64,000 nucleotides of DNA from Azolla caroliniana. Its lineage: Eukaryota > Plantae > Polypodiophyta. This document shows positions 12,253 through 24,700 of the stretch, in pieces. The position numbers and the translations under genes are program-made. The notes beneath the pieces were generated by a model that worked only from the letters and a program-made list of their open reading frames with translations, did no database searches and was not told where the DNA came from. The stretch spans positions 5,518,001-5,582,000 of the forward strand of contig JBHGNT010000009.1 of the NCBI GenBank assembly GCA_043228905.1, given 5' to 3'. Position 1 is the first letter of the stretch. Every line of letters starts with the position of its first letter.

Positions 12253-15200
12253 AATGGGTGAAGGAGTGCAAGTGAAGTGGTTGCTGACTTCTATTATGAG
12301 AGGGTAAATAGTCAAGGTTGACCCAAGACACAGCACAAACGGTAGTGCTAGCGAGAAACTCACGTGATCCCCACCAGGAAAGTGAGCGGTTGTGACCCCC
12401 ACTGAAACTAGAAGGTGAGCGATTGAAATCGGTCCTTGCCAACAGAAAGTGGCGCATCATTTGTGCTCCATCCTAGTCTGCGCTTGGTGTGTCCATGACA
12501 GTTTTAAATCCCTTGAAAGGGACCAAAGATGTTACAAGTATTTGTACAATTTTCGAGAATGAATATCTCTAGAATATACTTGAGAAATATCTCAAGAATA
12601 TACCCGTTTAGAATATACCACAGAATAATTCTAGAATATACTAATGACTAGAATATTCTTGAATGTACTATATATTAGACTCTACAATATATACAAGTTC
12701 ACAATCGAATGTGGACAGTTCACAAGAGTTTCCATATGGTTAACACAACACAATGTATTGTGTGTGTTAAAAGTCAGAGGTTTGGGTCTAGAGTGTGACA
12801 TCAATTACTTATCTCAGACATCTCATAACCGAACGAGGAGTTGAAATTGATCCTTCTCGCATTGAGAAAGTCAACTTTGGCCCACTCTTCAGAATATTCG
12901 AGAAGTTCGGTCGTTCCTTGGGTTTGTCGGCTTTTTGCAAAAATCTCTTCGCAATTATTCCCAATGGACGACGCCATTTACTGATCTTTTAAAATGTCAA
13001 ACGCATAAGTCTACAAAACCTATTGTATGGAATGCTACACTACACCTCACCTTTAAGGAACTGAAGGACTTGGTGTACAAGGCTCCTTCTCATCTTTTAC
13101 CAGATCCCTCAAAACCTTTTCAAGTTGAAACCGACACAAGTGATTATGTTATAGGTGTCATCTTATATCAAGATGGTAAACCAATAGCATTTGAGAGTAA
13201 GAAACTGGATTATGCTAAGTGTCGGTATACTGTGCAAGAAAATGAATTATTTGCAGTTATTCATGCGCTAAATTCATAGTGCCATTATCTTTATGAAATC
13301 GTTTTGTGGTAACTATGGACCATGAGTCCTTGAAATATTTTGTGACCAACAAGACCTTAAAGGTCGTAAGGCACGATGGACAAATCTCATGCAGGACTTT
13401 GATTTTTCCATACGACACTATGTGACAAAATGTCACTAGTGTCAAGTTAACAAAGTCGAGCGACTTAAAGTCGCTAGACTTTTACATCTCTTGGAAATTC
13501 CCAACAATAGGTGGGAAAATATATCCATGGATTTTATTGTTAGCCTTCCTCGCACCCAAAAAGGTCATGATGCCATGTCAGTTGTGGTTGATAGACTAAC
13601 TAAAATGGCTAAATTTATTGCTACAAAAAGCACAGTAACAACTCCTGAATTGGCTTACCAATTCGTTGATGAGTTATTTCGTTTTTATGGGTTACTGATG
13701 GATATCGTGAGTGATTAAGATCCAAATTTTATTAGCGACTTTTGGATGCAAGTCTTTAAGATGTTAGAAACTACATTGAGCATGAGCTCCACGGATCATC
13801 CTCAATCCGATGGACAGACATAACGAGTAAATCAAATTATTAAGGACATGCTTCGAGCATACGTTGGTGCAAAACCAACAAAATGGTAATGTTATCTCCC
13901 AATTTTGGAGTTTGCTTATAATAGCTCCAAGCATACGTCGACGAGATATAGTCCTTTTATGTTGATGTACGGTTTTCAGCCAAGAATCCCGATTGATGTT
14001 AATATACATCATGATGAGTTGTGAAGTACGCAAAACTTTCTTCGGGATATGGAAGATATGTTGCATATTGCACGAGACAATATAAAAATAGCTCAAGATA
14101 GAGCACGTTTTTATGCTGATCATAATAGGCAACCTCGTGTATTAAACCCTAGACAAAAGGTATTTTTACGTGTACCTCACAATCTAAGACATTGTCTACG
14201 GGTAAGTGCGCTAAGTTAGCCCCATGGTTTTGTGGACCTTTTACAGTCCTCAAACACATTGGTTCATCAGCCTATCCTGATGGCGTTGAAATCCATCCAA
14301 TTTTTCATGTAAGTCGTCTAAAAGAACTTCTTGGTTCTACTGACAAAACAATTACAACTGAAACTCTGGTTACTTCTGAAGAATTATCTTCTAAACCACA
14401 TGTACCAGAAAGAATTCTCGATGTTAAAACAAAACATTTGCGTTCTAAACTAATCCGAGAATTTTAAATTGAAATTAAATAGTCTGTCTCAATCCCTTCA
14501 CTTGGGGGTGGTCGGGTGGATCGGCACCCTTTTTTTCTCTCTCCTCTCTTATTTTTCTATCTATATTATCCTTATCATATGCTTACATTAGTAGCTAGCT
14601 CTAACAATCCAAGAATTGAGTTGTTTTGATGTTGCAACATGTGCACTTGAGCGTAGGTTTTTGGCAAGCAACCATGTTGATGATTTTCCATGTCATCAAA
14701 ATCTCTTTAAGAAAATTGAAGAGCACATATATAGTAACCTACCATCATTTAGCTATAAAGCGTATGTGCACATAGCCATGACCTACAAAGAAACCAAACT
14801 CGAAGTTGAAAAAAATTATTGATCTCAAATACAATTTTGATGTCAAGTTTGTGTATCGAACATGGAATCTAAAAACACAACCAATAACTTGGCCCAACAA
14901 TGTATTCATCCAAGAAGAGACGATGCAGAGAGTTAGGAACTTCTAGTTCAAGTGAGACCTTGGGAATGAGTGTGGGTACCTTTGAAGAAACATTTACATT
15001 TGAAGGTATGTACCGCAATGAATGTGGGAAGGACATTAAGTGTAAGAAAGGGTGTTATTTCTCAAGCCAATGTAGAGCAAAAGCGAAATGCCAGGAGCCA
15101 TATCACATTGAGCAACTAGCCAACATGAAGTTCATTGAAGGTAGCAAGTATACCATATGTCATACGAACAAATTCTATCTTTTTAATAAATCTTAAATGT

Positions 15201-18200
15201 ATTTTTATATTCTAGAGTTGCCACCAATGACTTGTCAATGTGTAGAAGTTCTATTTTACTCTACAAAATGAGGTAAAATACATTAAATTCTTCAAGAGGA
15301 TAACATCATTGCACAATAAAGAAATGTCACAATAGTTTTAGATGTATGATGTCTTCTCTTTTGAAAGCAAGATCATAAACAAATGTCATAACTAGAAAGA
15401 AATAAGTTTATAGGAAAAAGTGGGTATGTTATATCACTAAGAAACATGTCGTGACTCGTTATTGCTTGTACACATTCAATGCATTGTAGATGATATTGAA
15501 ACCAACGTAATGGTGTACCAAAACTTTAGGAACATCCACTTGTACAATGGTAGTATTTTCATCTCCATAATGACCATATTATATCTACTTCTCGCACTAA
15601 TCATGGATACTTATTTAATTACTTGATTACAACTCAAATATTTACAAGTTTTTAATGAATTATTTTGATTATCCCACAAGGAAATATGTAGTTCTAAATA
15701 CTAATGAGTGTTATATTTATGGAAGAGGTATTTGTTACCAAATGATTGTTTTTTACTAGCATATATATAGTGATGTTTTCTCGTTAAACAATAGCATAAA
15801 GACAATCATTTAACAAAGATAATCTTTTGGTCATATTTGACTACGCTAAAAGCATGACATTTCTTCCTCTCTTGGATCACAATGTTATTTTTTGTGCAAA
15901 GAGCACCGGTAACGACCTTAGTGCACTCTCTATATTTTTCTTAGTGGGACCACGGATCATAAAAAATATCAAACAAACAACTAGTGAGAGTTAATACATT
16001 TTACCTTTCGCGAAAACATAAACGAAAAGGCTGCTTTGCAAGAGAGTGCCCCTAAAGAAGTTTGTATATCTACTCTATGAATGAGGTTGCCTTCTCGCAC
16101 TAGGATCAAAGGTAGTCAATATAGCAAATCTATTGGAAAACCTAATATTATGTTCATTATTCATGATGCATTGGCTTTTCGCAAAACATTGGGCTACGAG
16201 GATAAGGGCATGAATATCAAAGATATTTAGGAATGGAATTCAAGAATATAAATACCTGTCCACATTGCCCCAATAACTTCTTGCTTAAAATGTAATATTT
16301 TACGACTTGGAGTTATAGTGGCTTATGGCTTGATATGCACTATATAAATTCATTGCATGTGTAGCTATTGAGCCTATTAATTTGGTTGACATGGCAACAA
16401 ATTTACCTACATGTATGGATTGACATTCATAAAGTTTGATTGAGCTATATCGGCTTTGATTATTCACCATTGAAACCATCACAATTGAGCCCTTGGAAGT
16501 AAAAGAGGCACCATGAGGTCAAAGGTGGAAATCCCAATTAAAACATGCAAGTAAATATGCATAATTTTCAGCAGGTGCGTATATTTTGAGTCACTCATTG
16601 CTAAGTTGATCCCATTAGTATTGCCCCTTCCATAGGCTTTCATTGTAACCCATTCAAAAGCACAATATCCCATAAAAAGACTAACATTATAGTAAAGGAA
16701 GGCTTTGTTCAAGGGTTGATGTAAGACAATTGCCCCAATTCAAGCATGGACCAACAATCACCTCCTCATAAGAAGTTGCCCTAGTCTTTTATCAATGCTC
16801 ATCAAAGAGCAAGGGAAAATGATGCTTTAAGGCCAACACAACTTATGTAGTGTGCTAGAATTAAGGACCAACAATGGATCCTACCTTTTTGTTTTATTTG
16901 AATTGTTATTAAATATCATGATATCAAAAGACATTTGTTCCAAATAGAAGGAAAATGACAACATGCCGCTCGTACGAAAGGGCATTGGTCAATGCCTTAA
17001 TATTGTGAGTAAAACTACAAGCACACATACTAGCATCACTAAAGACCCCCCATCGTGGAATATCTTCTCACACAAACACAAAGTTTCACTCTTGCTTCCT
17101 CTATCTACATAGAATACTAACTGTTGATAGTGCTCTTAAATACATCTAAGGCTAAGGCTCTATGGTGTTAGATAGAATGCATTCTCTAATTAAATCCTGC
17201 TTGCTCTCCTATAGATATGTACTTACTTTTTTTATTCCTCATCATATCCTATCTCACTTACTTATGTTTGTCATCCATGTCCAATTCCTTGGCATTGATT
17301 CCCTTGATCCTTGCAACATGCTAATAAGGACCTTTCAGATCTAGGGATTGAGGTTTTGAGGCCACAAGAATTGTCAAGAACATGCCACCAATCCCAAGTT
17401 CGTCTATGCTTAAGGTTGGACAACAATCCATAGGTTAGGCAATTGCCTAGTGGTATGCAAATTTTAGATACTATGTATATATATATATATATATAATATA
17501 ATCACATAAGGTGATGTTCTATTATGCTTTGCATTTCCCATGGATTGCAAGGGCACCATGCCCCCAAATGTTATCCAATAGTGATGGGATTGTGAATAGA
17601 CCCCTACCAATTGGCAAATCACAAGCCTTCACTTTAATGCGAGTGCTAAGGACCATTGATTGATGTTATGACAATCCTCACTCCACTTTCATTGCTTCTC
17701 CTCATTAGTGCATGCATTAATTCACATGTATCCTTAATATTTCCCTCCTCGAGGTTCACGCTTGTTGCGTGAACTGTTCTCTTAGTTTCTTAGTGCTTGT
17801 TCCTCTAGTGTTGTGGCGTCCGATGTGCAATAACATCCATAAAGCTTTTAGAAAATGCTTTGAGCACCACAAAGCAAAGCAATCAATTTCAAGATTTAAC
17901 GTTTCCATATTCACAACTAAATCAAATGACATAATCTCATGATTCAAACTACGAAATAATTTAAATTCAATGACCATAAAATCCTCTCAAATTGGAAATA
18001 AACATTCACTATACAATTAGAAATATGAAAGATGGAATTTGGAGTTTTTTATAATCTTCGAATTGTGAGCTTTAAAAAGTACTCTAATAGATATTGCTTG
18101 GCACTCAATCTATCACTCAATGATGGTCATCTAATCTCTCCCAAAGTCAAGTCTTCTTGTAGAAGACATGCACTTGCACCTTTATTTGTTTAGAAATGTT

Positions 18201-19524
18201 ATTACTCTATAAATCAATACGCAACTTCAAGAAATTTACTCAACTCAAAAAACTTGAAAATCAAGTCTATTGTAAACTTAATAATGATGAATAGATTATC
18301 AAAGATAAGTTACCCTATCTTTGAAATAATTAGATTCATAATCCCCTATTAAATTATCACATTGAATAGTTTTGTGATTTTGGGAATTTGATGAACTTTG
18401 ATGGCATTTTAGGAATCATACTATGCCCAAGGTGCATTTTAAAGAATTATGGTAAATTAGAATTTTTTGATAAATTGCTCAAAATTGAAAGCTCTACCTA
18501 ATATATACGTTACATGAATTTGAGCCATCTCGACTCTATGGATATGCGAAGCAAAATGTGATGCTCATGCTTACAAATGCAATGAGCAATTAACGTTTAG
18601 AAACCTATTATAAATATTATGAGAGTCGTACATATCATGTGATCTCCACAAATAAAAAATAGCATCGTTTGGAACAACCACCTTTTCGTTAGGCTTGGAC
18701 TACAACATCTTTACTATTTGGAGAGACAATGGTAATAGTGTAAATTGATCCATCAATTGTACCTGTTATTGTGGTTATTTAAACTGTTATAATATTGCTC
18801 GGTAGTTCAATAGATAGAAATCGATCATAAACAGTTTCATCTGCTAATGGGTTTGTAAAGGTACCTTTCCCATTCCACGAAAAACGTGGACTTCAAGCGA
18901 GATGCCGAAGAACGTTTTCGAGGACGTAGGGACAGGTGAATCGCAGACAAAAACATTTCTTTTACTTGGAAAACGACATTATTTTAGAAAGAGTGGGTGA
19001 ATATCGAATACTAACATATTACTACGAGCAACTCCCATTTTTGTTATCAAGGAGTTGTTGCAAAATCAATTGTACGCAAATCAAACAACACGGAATCAAG
19101 GTTGCTTTTGGCCTAAGCACATTAGTATGTAACATTTACCGTGTCCTCTACTTATTTTGTTTTGTTTTCTGGTGCTCCGCATGCCCTCGCGACTTCGTGT
19201 GTACATTTTTGCGAGAAGTTCAAGAATCAATCAATCACCGAGAGCAAGAATCAATCAATCACCGAGAGCGGACGGTGTGGATGGGGAGTTTTGATTTTGG
19301 ATGGTGGAGATTTGCCGTTGCCTTGAACTTAGCGGCCTGCAAGAACTTTGGAGAGCAGAGCAACAAAAGGTGAAGAAAAAAAAAAATGGACGGCATCGGA
19401 TAAGCGAGTCTTTGGGGATGCGCAGCTGGGCGGACGGTGGAGATCTGCAAGCGCCCCTTCCTTCGATAAAAGACAGTTGGGCCATGGCGTTAACGGCGAT
19501 AAATTGGCGGGAATAGACGGCCCC

Positions 19525-19790
19525 GGTGCCACGTTGGCACCTCCTCGCCGATGACGGTGGCGTGAGGTCGGAGGCGTAGGCTTACCTGACGTGGCAGCAT
19601 CAATCCGACACGGCAGCCTCAATTGATCGCACGTGGCGAGGCGTCGGGCATCCGACGTGGAAATCAAGCGTTGATACCGACCCCACCTGGCAAGATTGAG
19701 CTGACGTGGCTGCCGAAAAAATGACGGCAATGAACGTAAGGCACGCTCGCTTGGGTTTGGCCATCGTTTTCCGTGTTCACACGTGGGGGC
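19525..19790. promoter_or_regulatory. Cluster of ABRE/G-box elements (ACGTGG) upstream of the + strand gene
   Basis: GCCACGT 19528, GACGTGGC 19588, CACGTGGC 19630, GACGTGGA 19654, GACGTGGC 19703 and CACGTGG 19780, followed by CT-rich tracts typical of a plant core promoter or 5' UTR. Confidence 0.6.
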
Positions 19791-19904
19791 AGGTATTTTT
19801 GTCCGGACGTTTTTAACGGCAACGTCTCTTCTCTCGGAAAGAAAAAGGATTTCTTTCTTTCTCTCTCTCTCTCTCTCTCTCTGTTGCTAAAAGAAAATCT
19901 ATCT

Positions 19905-21625
19905 TTGCCTCACCTGCATTTCGCCATAGCTCACAGCTTCAATTTCTTCTTCCTCTCGCAGCTTTCTTTGAAAAAATACAGGAAATCAATTGCGCACCTG
20001 CATTTCGCCATAGATTGTATCCTTCAATTTCCTTTCTCTTCTTCCTCGGCTTCGTTAATATCTAGTAAGATATACATATATATATATATACATTACATAC
20101 ACACACACACACGCACACATTATCAGCTAACTGCACACCTGAATTTCGCGGCCATAGGTCGAAGCTTCAATTTCTTCTTCTTCTTCTTCTTCTTCTTCTT
20201 CAAAATATCCCTTCAAACGTAATGAAAAGCGATTGTTTTTCCGTTTCGCCATAGCTCCGAGCTTCAATTGGTCCGCTTCTGACGCCGACTTTCCGTGTAA
20301 AAGGTCAAGAGAAGCAACTCCCGGTTTTCCTTTATTTCTCTTTTGCTGATCAGAGGTTCAATTTCTTTCTTCTCTATAACTTCTTCTCCCGATCATTCTC
20401 TGGCAAGATAATGAACGCAATTGTATATGCATTTCGCCATGAGATCAGAGCTTCGCTTTCTTCATCTTCTTGGTCTCCATCTTTCTTTGATCTTCTTCTG
20501 GAAAGATAAAGAAATGCAGGCCTGCATTTCGCTATAGATCAGACACTTCAATGTCCTTATCTTCTTGGAGCTCTTTTGCCTAATTTGTGATCTGTAAAAT
20601 CTAAATAAAAACATCTCTAATCTTTCATCCTGCTTCTTCTTCCACTTCTTTCACCGGTTTTTTCTGTCAAAGACAAAGAAGCAGAAACTCATAAATCTCC
20701 ACAGCTCAAAGCTTTAGTTTCCGCCTAGATGGTCAGTTTGTCGTGCAAATTAGAGAAGCGTTTCCACCTGCCTTTGCTCGTGTATTCGTGGATAAGTAAG
20801 GTTTACCTTAGGAACTCTTTTTGCTTCTTGTATTTCTTCATAGCTAAAAACGTCATATTCTGTACCAATAAAAGCATCTACAATTGCGCTTATCTAAAAG
20901 ATTCATTTTCATTTGCCTTCACCATAGATTCAAAGGTTCCTGATCCATTTGTCGTCTTGAGTTTCTCTGAACCGACAAAAAAAGTAACCTGGCGTTTCTT
21001 CATAAAGTTACAGCTCCATTTTCAGTATCATCATCGTCTTCTTTGTATTCGTAAAGAGAAACACCATAGCTCAAACTTTCATTTTGATTGTCACCAGCCT
21101 TCGCCATCACAAATCTAAGCTTCAAATTTCCTTTCCTTTTTGGATTTCTTTGCCCAGATAAATAAGATAGTCTACTTTTTTTCAGAATTCTTTTTCTTTC
21201 TCGACTTTCTTTGTACAGGTAAAGGAAAGAACTTACAATTCTTGATCATCGTTCAATGCACCAATTTCTTATTCATCCTAAATTATAGAGAAAAACACCT
21301 ATCCTCACATTCCTCCAAATTTGGAAGCTCCATTCTCATAATTAATTCTGATTTTGTAATGATGAAGAAAATCATATGCATCTATATTCTCACTAGCATC
21401 TTCTTCTTTAAAGATAACGAAAAACATCTCTTTTGACATATTTCCGTACCTCATTGCTGTGTTTCCATATTCTTCTTTGTAACGATCAAAGGGAATCACG
21501 TGCAACTATCTATATCTTTAGCGAAAATCCTTAATTTCATCATATCATCTTCTTCTTTCGAAAGTGAAAGTAATCATGTGGACCTGCATTTCTCCGTAGC
21601 TAAGGAGGCTTTAAAGCTTCACTTA
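19905..21625. repeat. Degenerate tandem array (~12 units, ~80-130 bp spacing) with core CACCTGCATTTCGCCATAG..AGCTTCAATTTC
   Basis: Recognisable cores at ~19911, 19996, 20136, 20243, 20428, 20521, 20915, 21062 and 21582, decaying rightwards. Confidence 0.75.
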
Positions 21626-21710
21626 GTTTCTAAAGATAAAGAGAAGCATCTGCATTAATTCTTCACGATAATATTAGATCTAACTTCATCCTTCTCTGTT
21701 TTTTTCAGCC

Positions 21711-24700
21711 ATGTCTTCTATATCTCGTCGGGAAAGCTTATACAGCAACACTGGCGAGCAACCATTGAGAATTTCTCCTCAAAGACAACAAATGCATGAA
21801 ATTTCTCCACGTCGCTATATTAATCACACCTCCACCTCCACCTCCAGACCCTGTACAAATTACAGCCACAGATTGTCTGGTTCTTCATCTAGCGCTCCAG
21901 CGAGACACAACCTTTCGCAATCTTATGATTCCTTCGATAAGCTTCCATTAAAGAAGCCTCCTAATTTATCTGCAGGAAAAGTGAACTCACGTTTAACAAA
22001 TATTCGACCAGCTGCAAGCTCCAATTATTCAAGGTATGGCTCCCCTACATTATCTCAGTCACCTAGTTGGATCAACCAAACTGTGTTAGATGATGCTGCT
22101 TGGATGTCCGAAAAGATCTACAATCTTCAAAAGAATGGTTTCTTCCGTTATCCTGCTGTCTCAAAGTCGTTTGATAGAGATGAAATTCATCATAATTCTC
22201 AACCTGTCACTCCTCAGAGTGATGTATATAGTATACGAACTCCATGGTCTTCTGATCAATCTTCAGATCATGATTACAATGCTCAAGAAGAATACTCAGG
22301 TGACCTTTGTAGAGCTCATGATGTTTTTGCATTGGAATAATTCTTTCATTTCAATCTCACGTACGTTGGTATCCTAGTTTTGTTTGAATCTTGCTTAATA
22401 CATATTCTATTTCGGATTACAGAACCTGCTCGAAACGATGAGCTTTTATCCGCCTTCAAACTCTCAGAGATTTCTCTAACAGGCGATGATGATTTCCTCT
22501 CGGACATATCACCATCTGCTGAGCGTAATATCCCAGTCGGAAAGAAAACAATTACATCTTCATCATTGAATAGTGGTCTGCCATCTTCCACATTTATACT
22601 AAATGGTGATGGGAGCGAAAGCAGTAGATCTTTCAGTAGTGTTAATGAACAAGGGAATTCATTAATATCTTCGTCTGCTGAGTGCAATATATCAAGAAAT
22701 AGCAGTAACCTCGTACGTAGTGATTTGCTTTCAAGGCTGGAGGCTTTGCAATATCGCGCAGGTCTTGCAGATCAAGACAGGAATGAATCTGGTGCTGAGC
22801 ATGCATCAAACACTCACTCTAAATCTTCAGATGTAGTCGAAGAAAATCAATCAAGCCTCACGTTTCCAGATCAAGAAAAACAGGTCACACATCAGACTGG
22901 CAGAATGACGCTTTCAAATTCACTTGATCACAATTTCAAGTCCATTTCTTTGCAGAATTCAACCGAATGTCAAAGGAGTCTGAATAATGGAGGTGTCTCA
23001 GTAAACCTTAACCTCTACTCTTCAAGTAGGATAAATAATAGAGAGGAATATTACTTACCACTATCTTCTGAAGAGATTGAACCTGTCTTAAATCTTGAAG
23101 CTAGATCACATCAGAAAGTTTCATTGCCCAATAAGCTAGCAACTAAGCTTTCTCCACGAGCAACAGTATCTCCTTTGCGACGTCAATTTAGACCTCAAAT
23201 GCCATTATCAGAAGAAGAAACAAGATCTCACTTAAAACCTGACAGAGCTATAATGTCTAAAGAACAGCTATCGCCAAGCTACAAGAACAGGAGAGATTCA
23301 ATTCATCGAATGAATATAAAGGCTGATAGTGTATCTAGTATTCATTCCCCACATAGTCCAAGTGCAATTTATCTTCGAACTCCAGATTATGGCATCAGGA
23401 CTAGTGAACCGCAGAATAGAACTAGAGCATCACCCCTTAGTCCTGGCTTAAAAATAGATAGGGAATTTGTCCACAAGACTATAAAAAAGATGAGCAATGT
23501 TGTGCAATCCCAGGATATTACCAATGGAAATTACAGCCAGATTGAAGGTGAAGTAAATAATTCTGAATGCAAACCTGAATTTCAAGATGAAAACAGTTGG
23601 ATTTCTGAAGAAAATGTCGAGGGTTTCTTATCTAGTCGCTCATTTGGAGCGAAAGAAGACTATCCTTCGAATATCTTCAAAGAAGACAGTTCTTTCTTTT
23701 CCAAAGAACAAAGTCTTTTGAAAACTACGACAAATCAGAATATATCTGATTCAGAATATTATAACAGACTGAATAATAAATCGGAGGAATTCTCTGAGAG
23801 CAGACCATCAGGAAGGTTGACAAAGTGTCAGCGAGATAAATCCGAAGAGAAGACATTACAAAATGAAGATCGAATAAGATACGAGATTTCTAAGCCAGCA
23901 GTAAACAGTCCAGATCTAGTCAAACGTGTCATACCTTTGGAGGATGGACAAAATCCAGACGGAAATTATCATTACAACTCTAACGATGAAACTGACTTAA
24001 TATTAGTTGGAAATGAACTGATGCAACTGATCGGAACCAGTCCTGAAAATGCAGTTGATAGATCCATGATTCATTCACAAAATCTCTTACTCGAGGAAGA
24101 AAGTTTTGATCTGAAAATAAAGCCAAGAATTGTTCGTTCCTTGTCATTTGGAGAAGAAGAGATGAAGAAAACCCCAGAATTGGAAGATGAAAACCTGAAG
24201 GTGTCCTTACAACTAAATCGACTTAATGAAGAGCCTCTAGATAACATACATCAAGGCAACAGGATGCAAGATGAGTTCAAAATATGCAATTCGGCCATAA
24301 CTGATGTAAACACTGGAGAGAGTCCAAAAATGGAAAATAAGAAAGATTCAGACAACAGAAAAAGTATAGAAAATATCAATGGAAGTACGGTTCTAGAAGA
24401 CAGCAGAAAACTTACAAATAATACATATAATTTGACATCAGGTAACTCCGTTATAGAGCTATCTGATTCGATCGAACAGAGTAAAGATTTCACCGTTGAT
24501 GAAGATGTTCTAGTAGTCCATGACAGCTTAAGTCAAACAGAAACTCAACAGAATGAGGACGAAAATATTTTCCTCACTTCTTCGTCTTTAATGCATCTAA
24601 GAAGCAATAGGAGTACCAATTCAAGCTCGAACAGTCATCCTGAGGTTGAAAGCTCATTTCAGGAAGAGCTCCTTCAGAATATAGAAGGTTATGAACGAAA

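Larger units (their letters stand above)
10911..12800 (-). mobile_element. Non-autonomous Tcn1-like chromovirus derivative N1 (~1.9 kb) with an internal tandem array, inserted in G1 RT
   Basis: Perfect 5-bp TSD TCAAT (10906-10910 / 12801-12805). 3' LTR 10911-11407; rearranged 5' LTR 12455-12800. PPT (rc AAGAGGGGGGATAA) 11408-11421. Chromodomain-tail remnant DLQNTLEVV*DFH*QYPLKP at ~11447-11506. Confidence 0.88.
2322..14475 (+). mobile_element. Degenerate Ty3/gypsy chromovirus G1 (gag remnant, protease, RT, RNase H, integrase, start of chromodomain), split by two nested insertions; LTRs not seen
   Basis: Protease FLFDLGSSHN (~3170); LPPKRNIDHRID (~3695); RT NKVTIKNSYPLPRVDDL/KLDLRTSYHQIRI (10501-10900); RNase H FQVETDTSDYVIG (~13120); integrase WENISMDFIVSLP (~13510); GPF motif and chromodomain start PERILDVK (14192-14467). 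Own segments are 2322-3927, 10497-10910 and 12801-14475. Confidence 0.88.

Noticed and set aside
18936-19730. Several overlapping 60-145 aa ORFs, including a 24-bp tandem duplication
   Set aside because: No recognisable protein signal; more consistent with promoter or UTR sequence.
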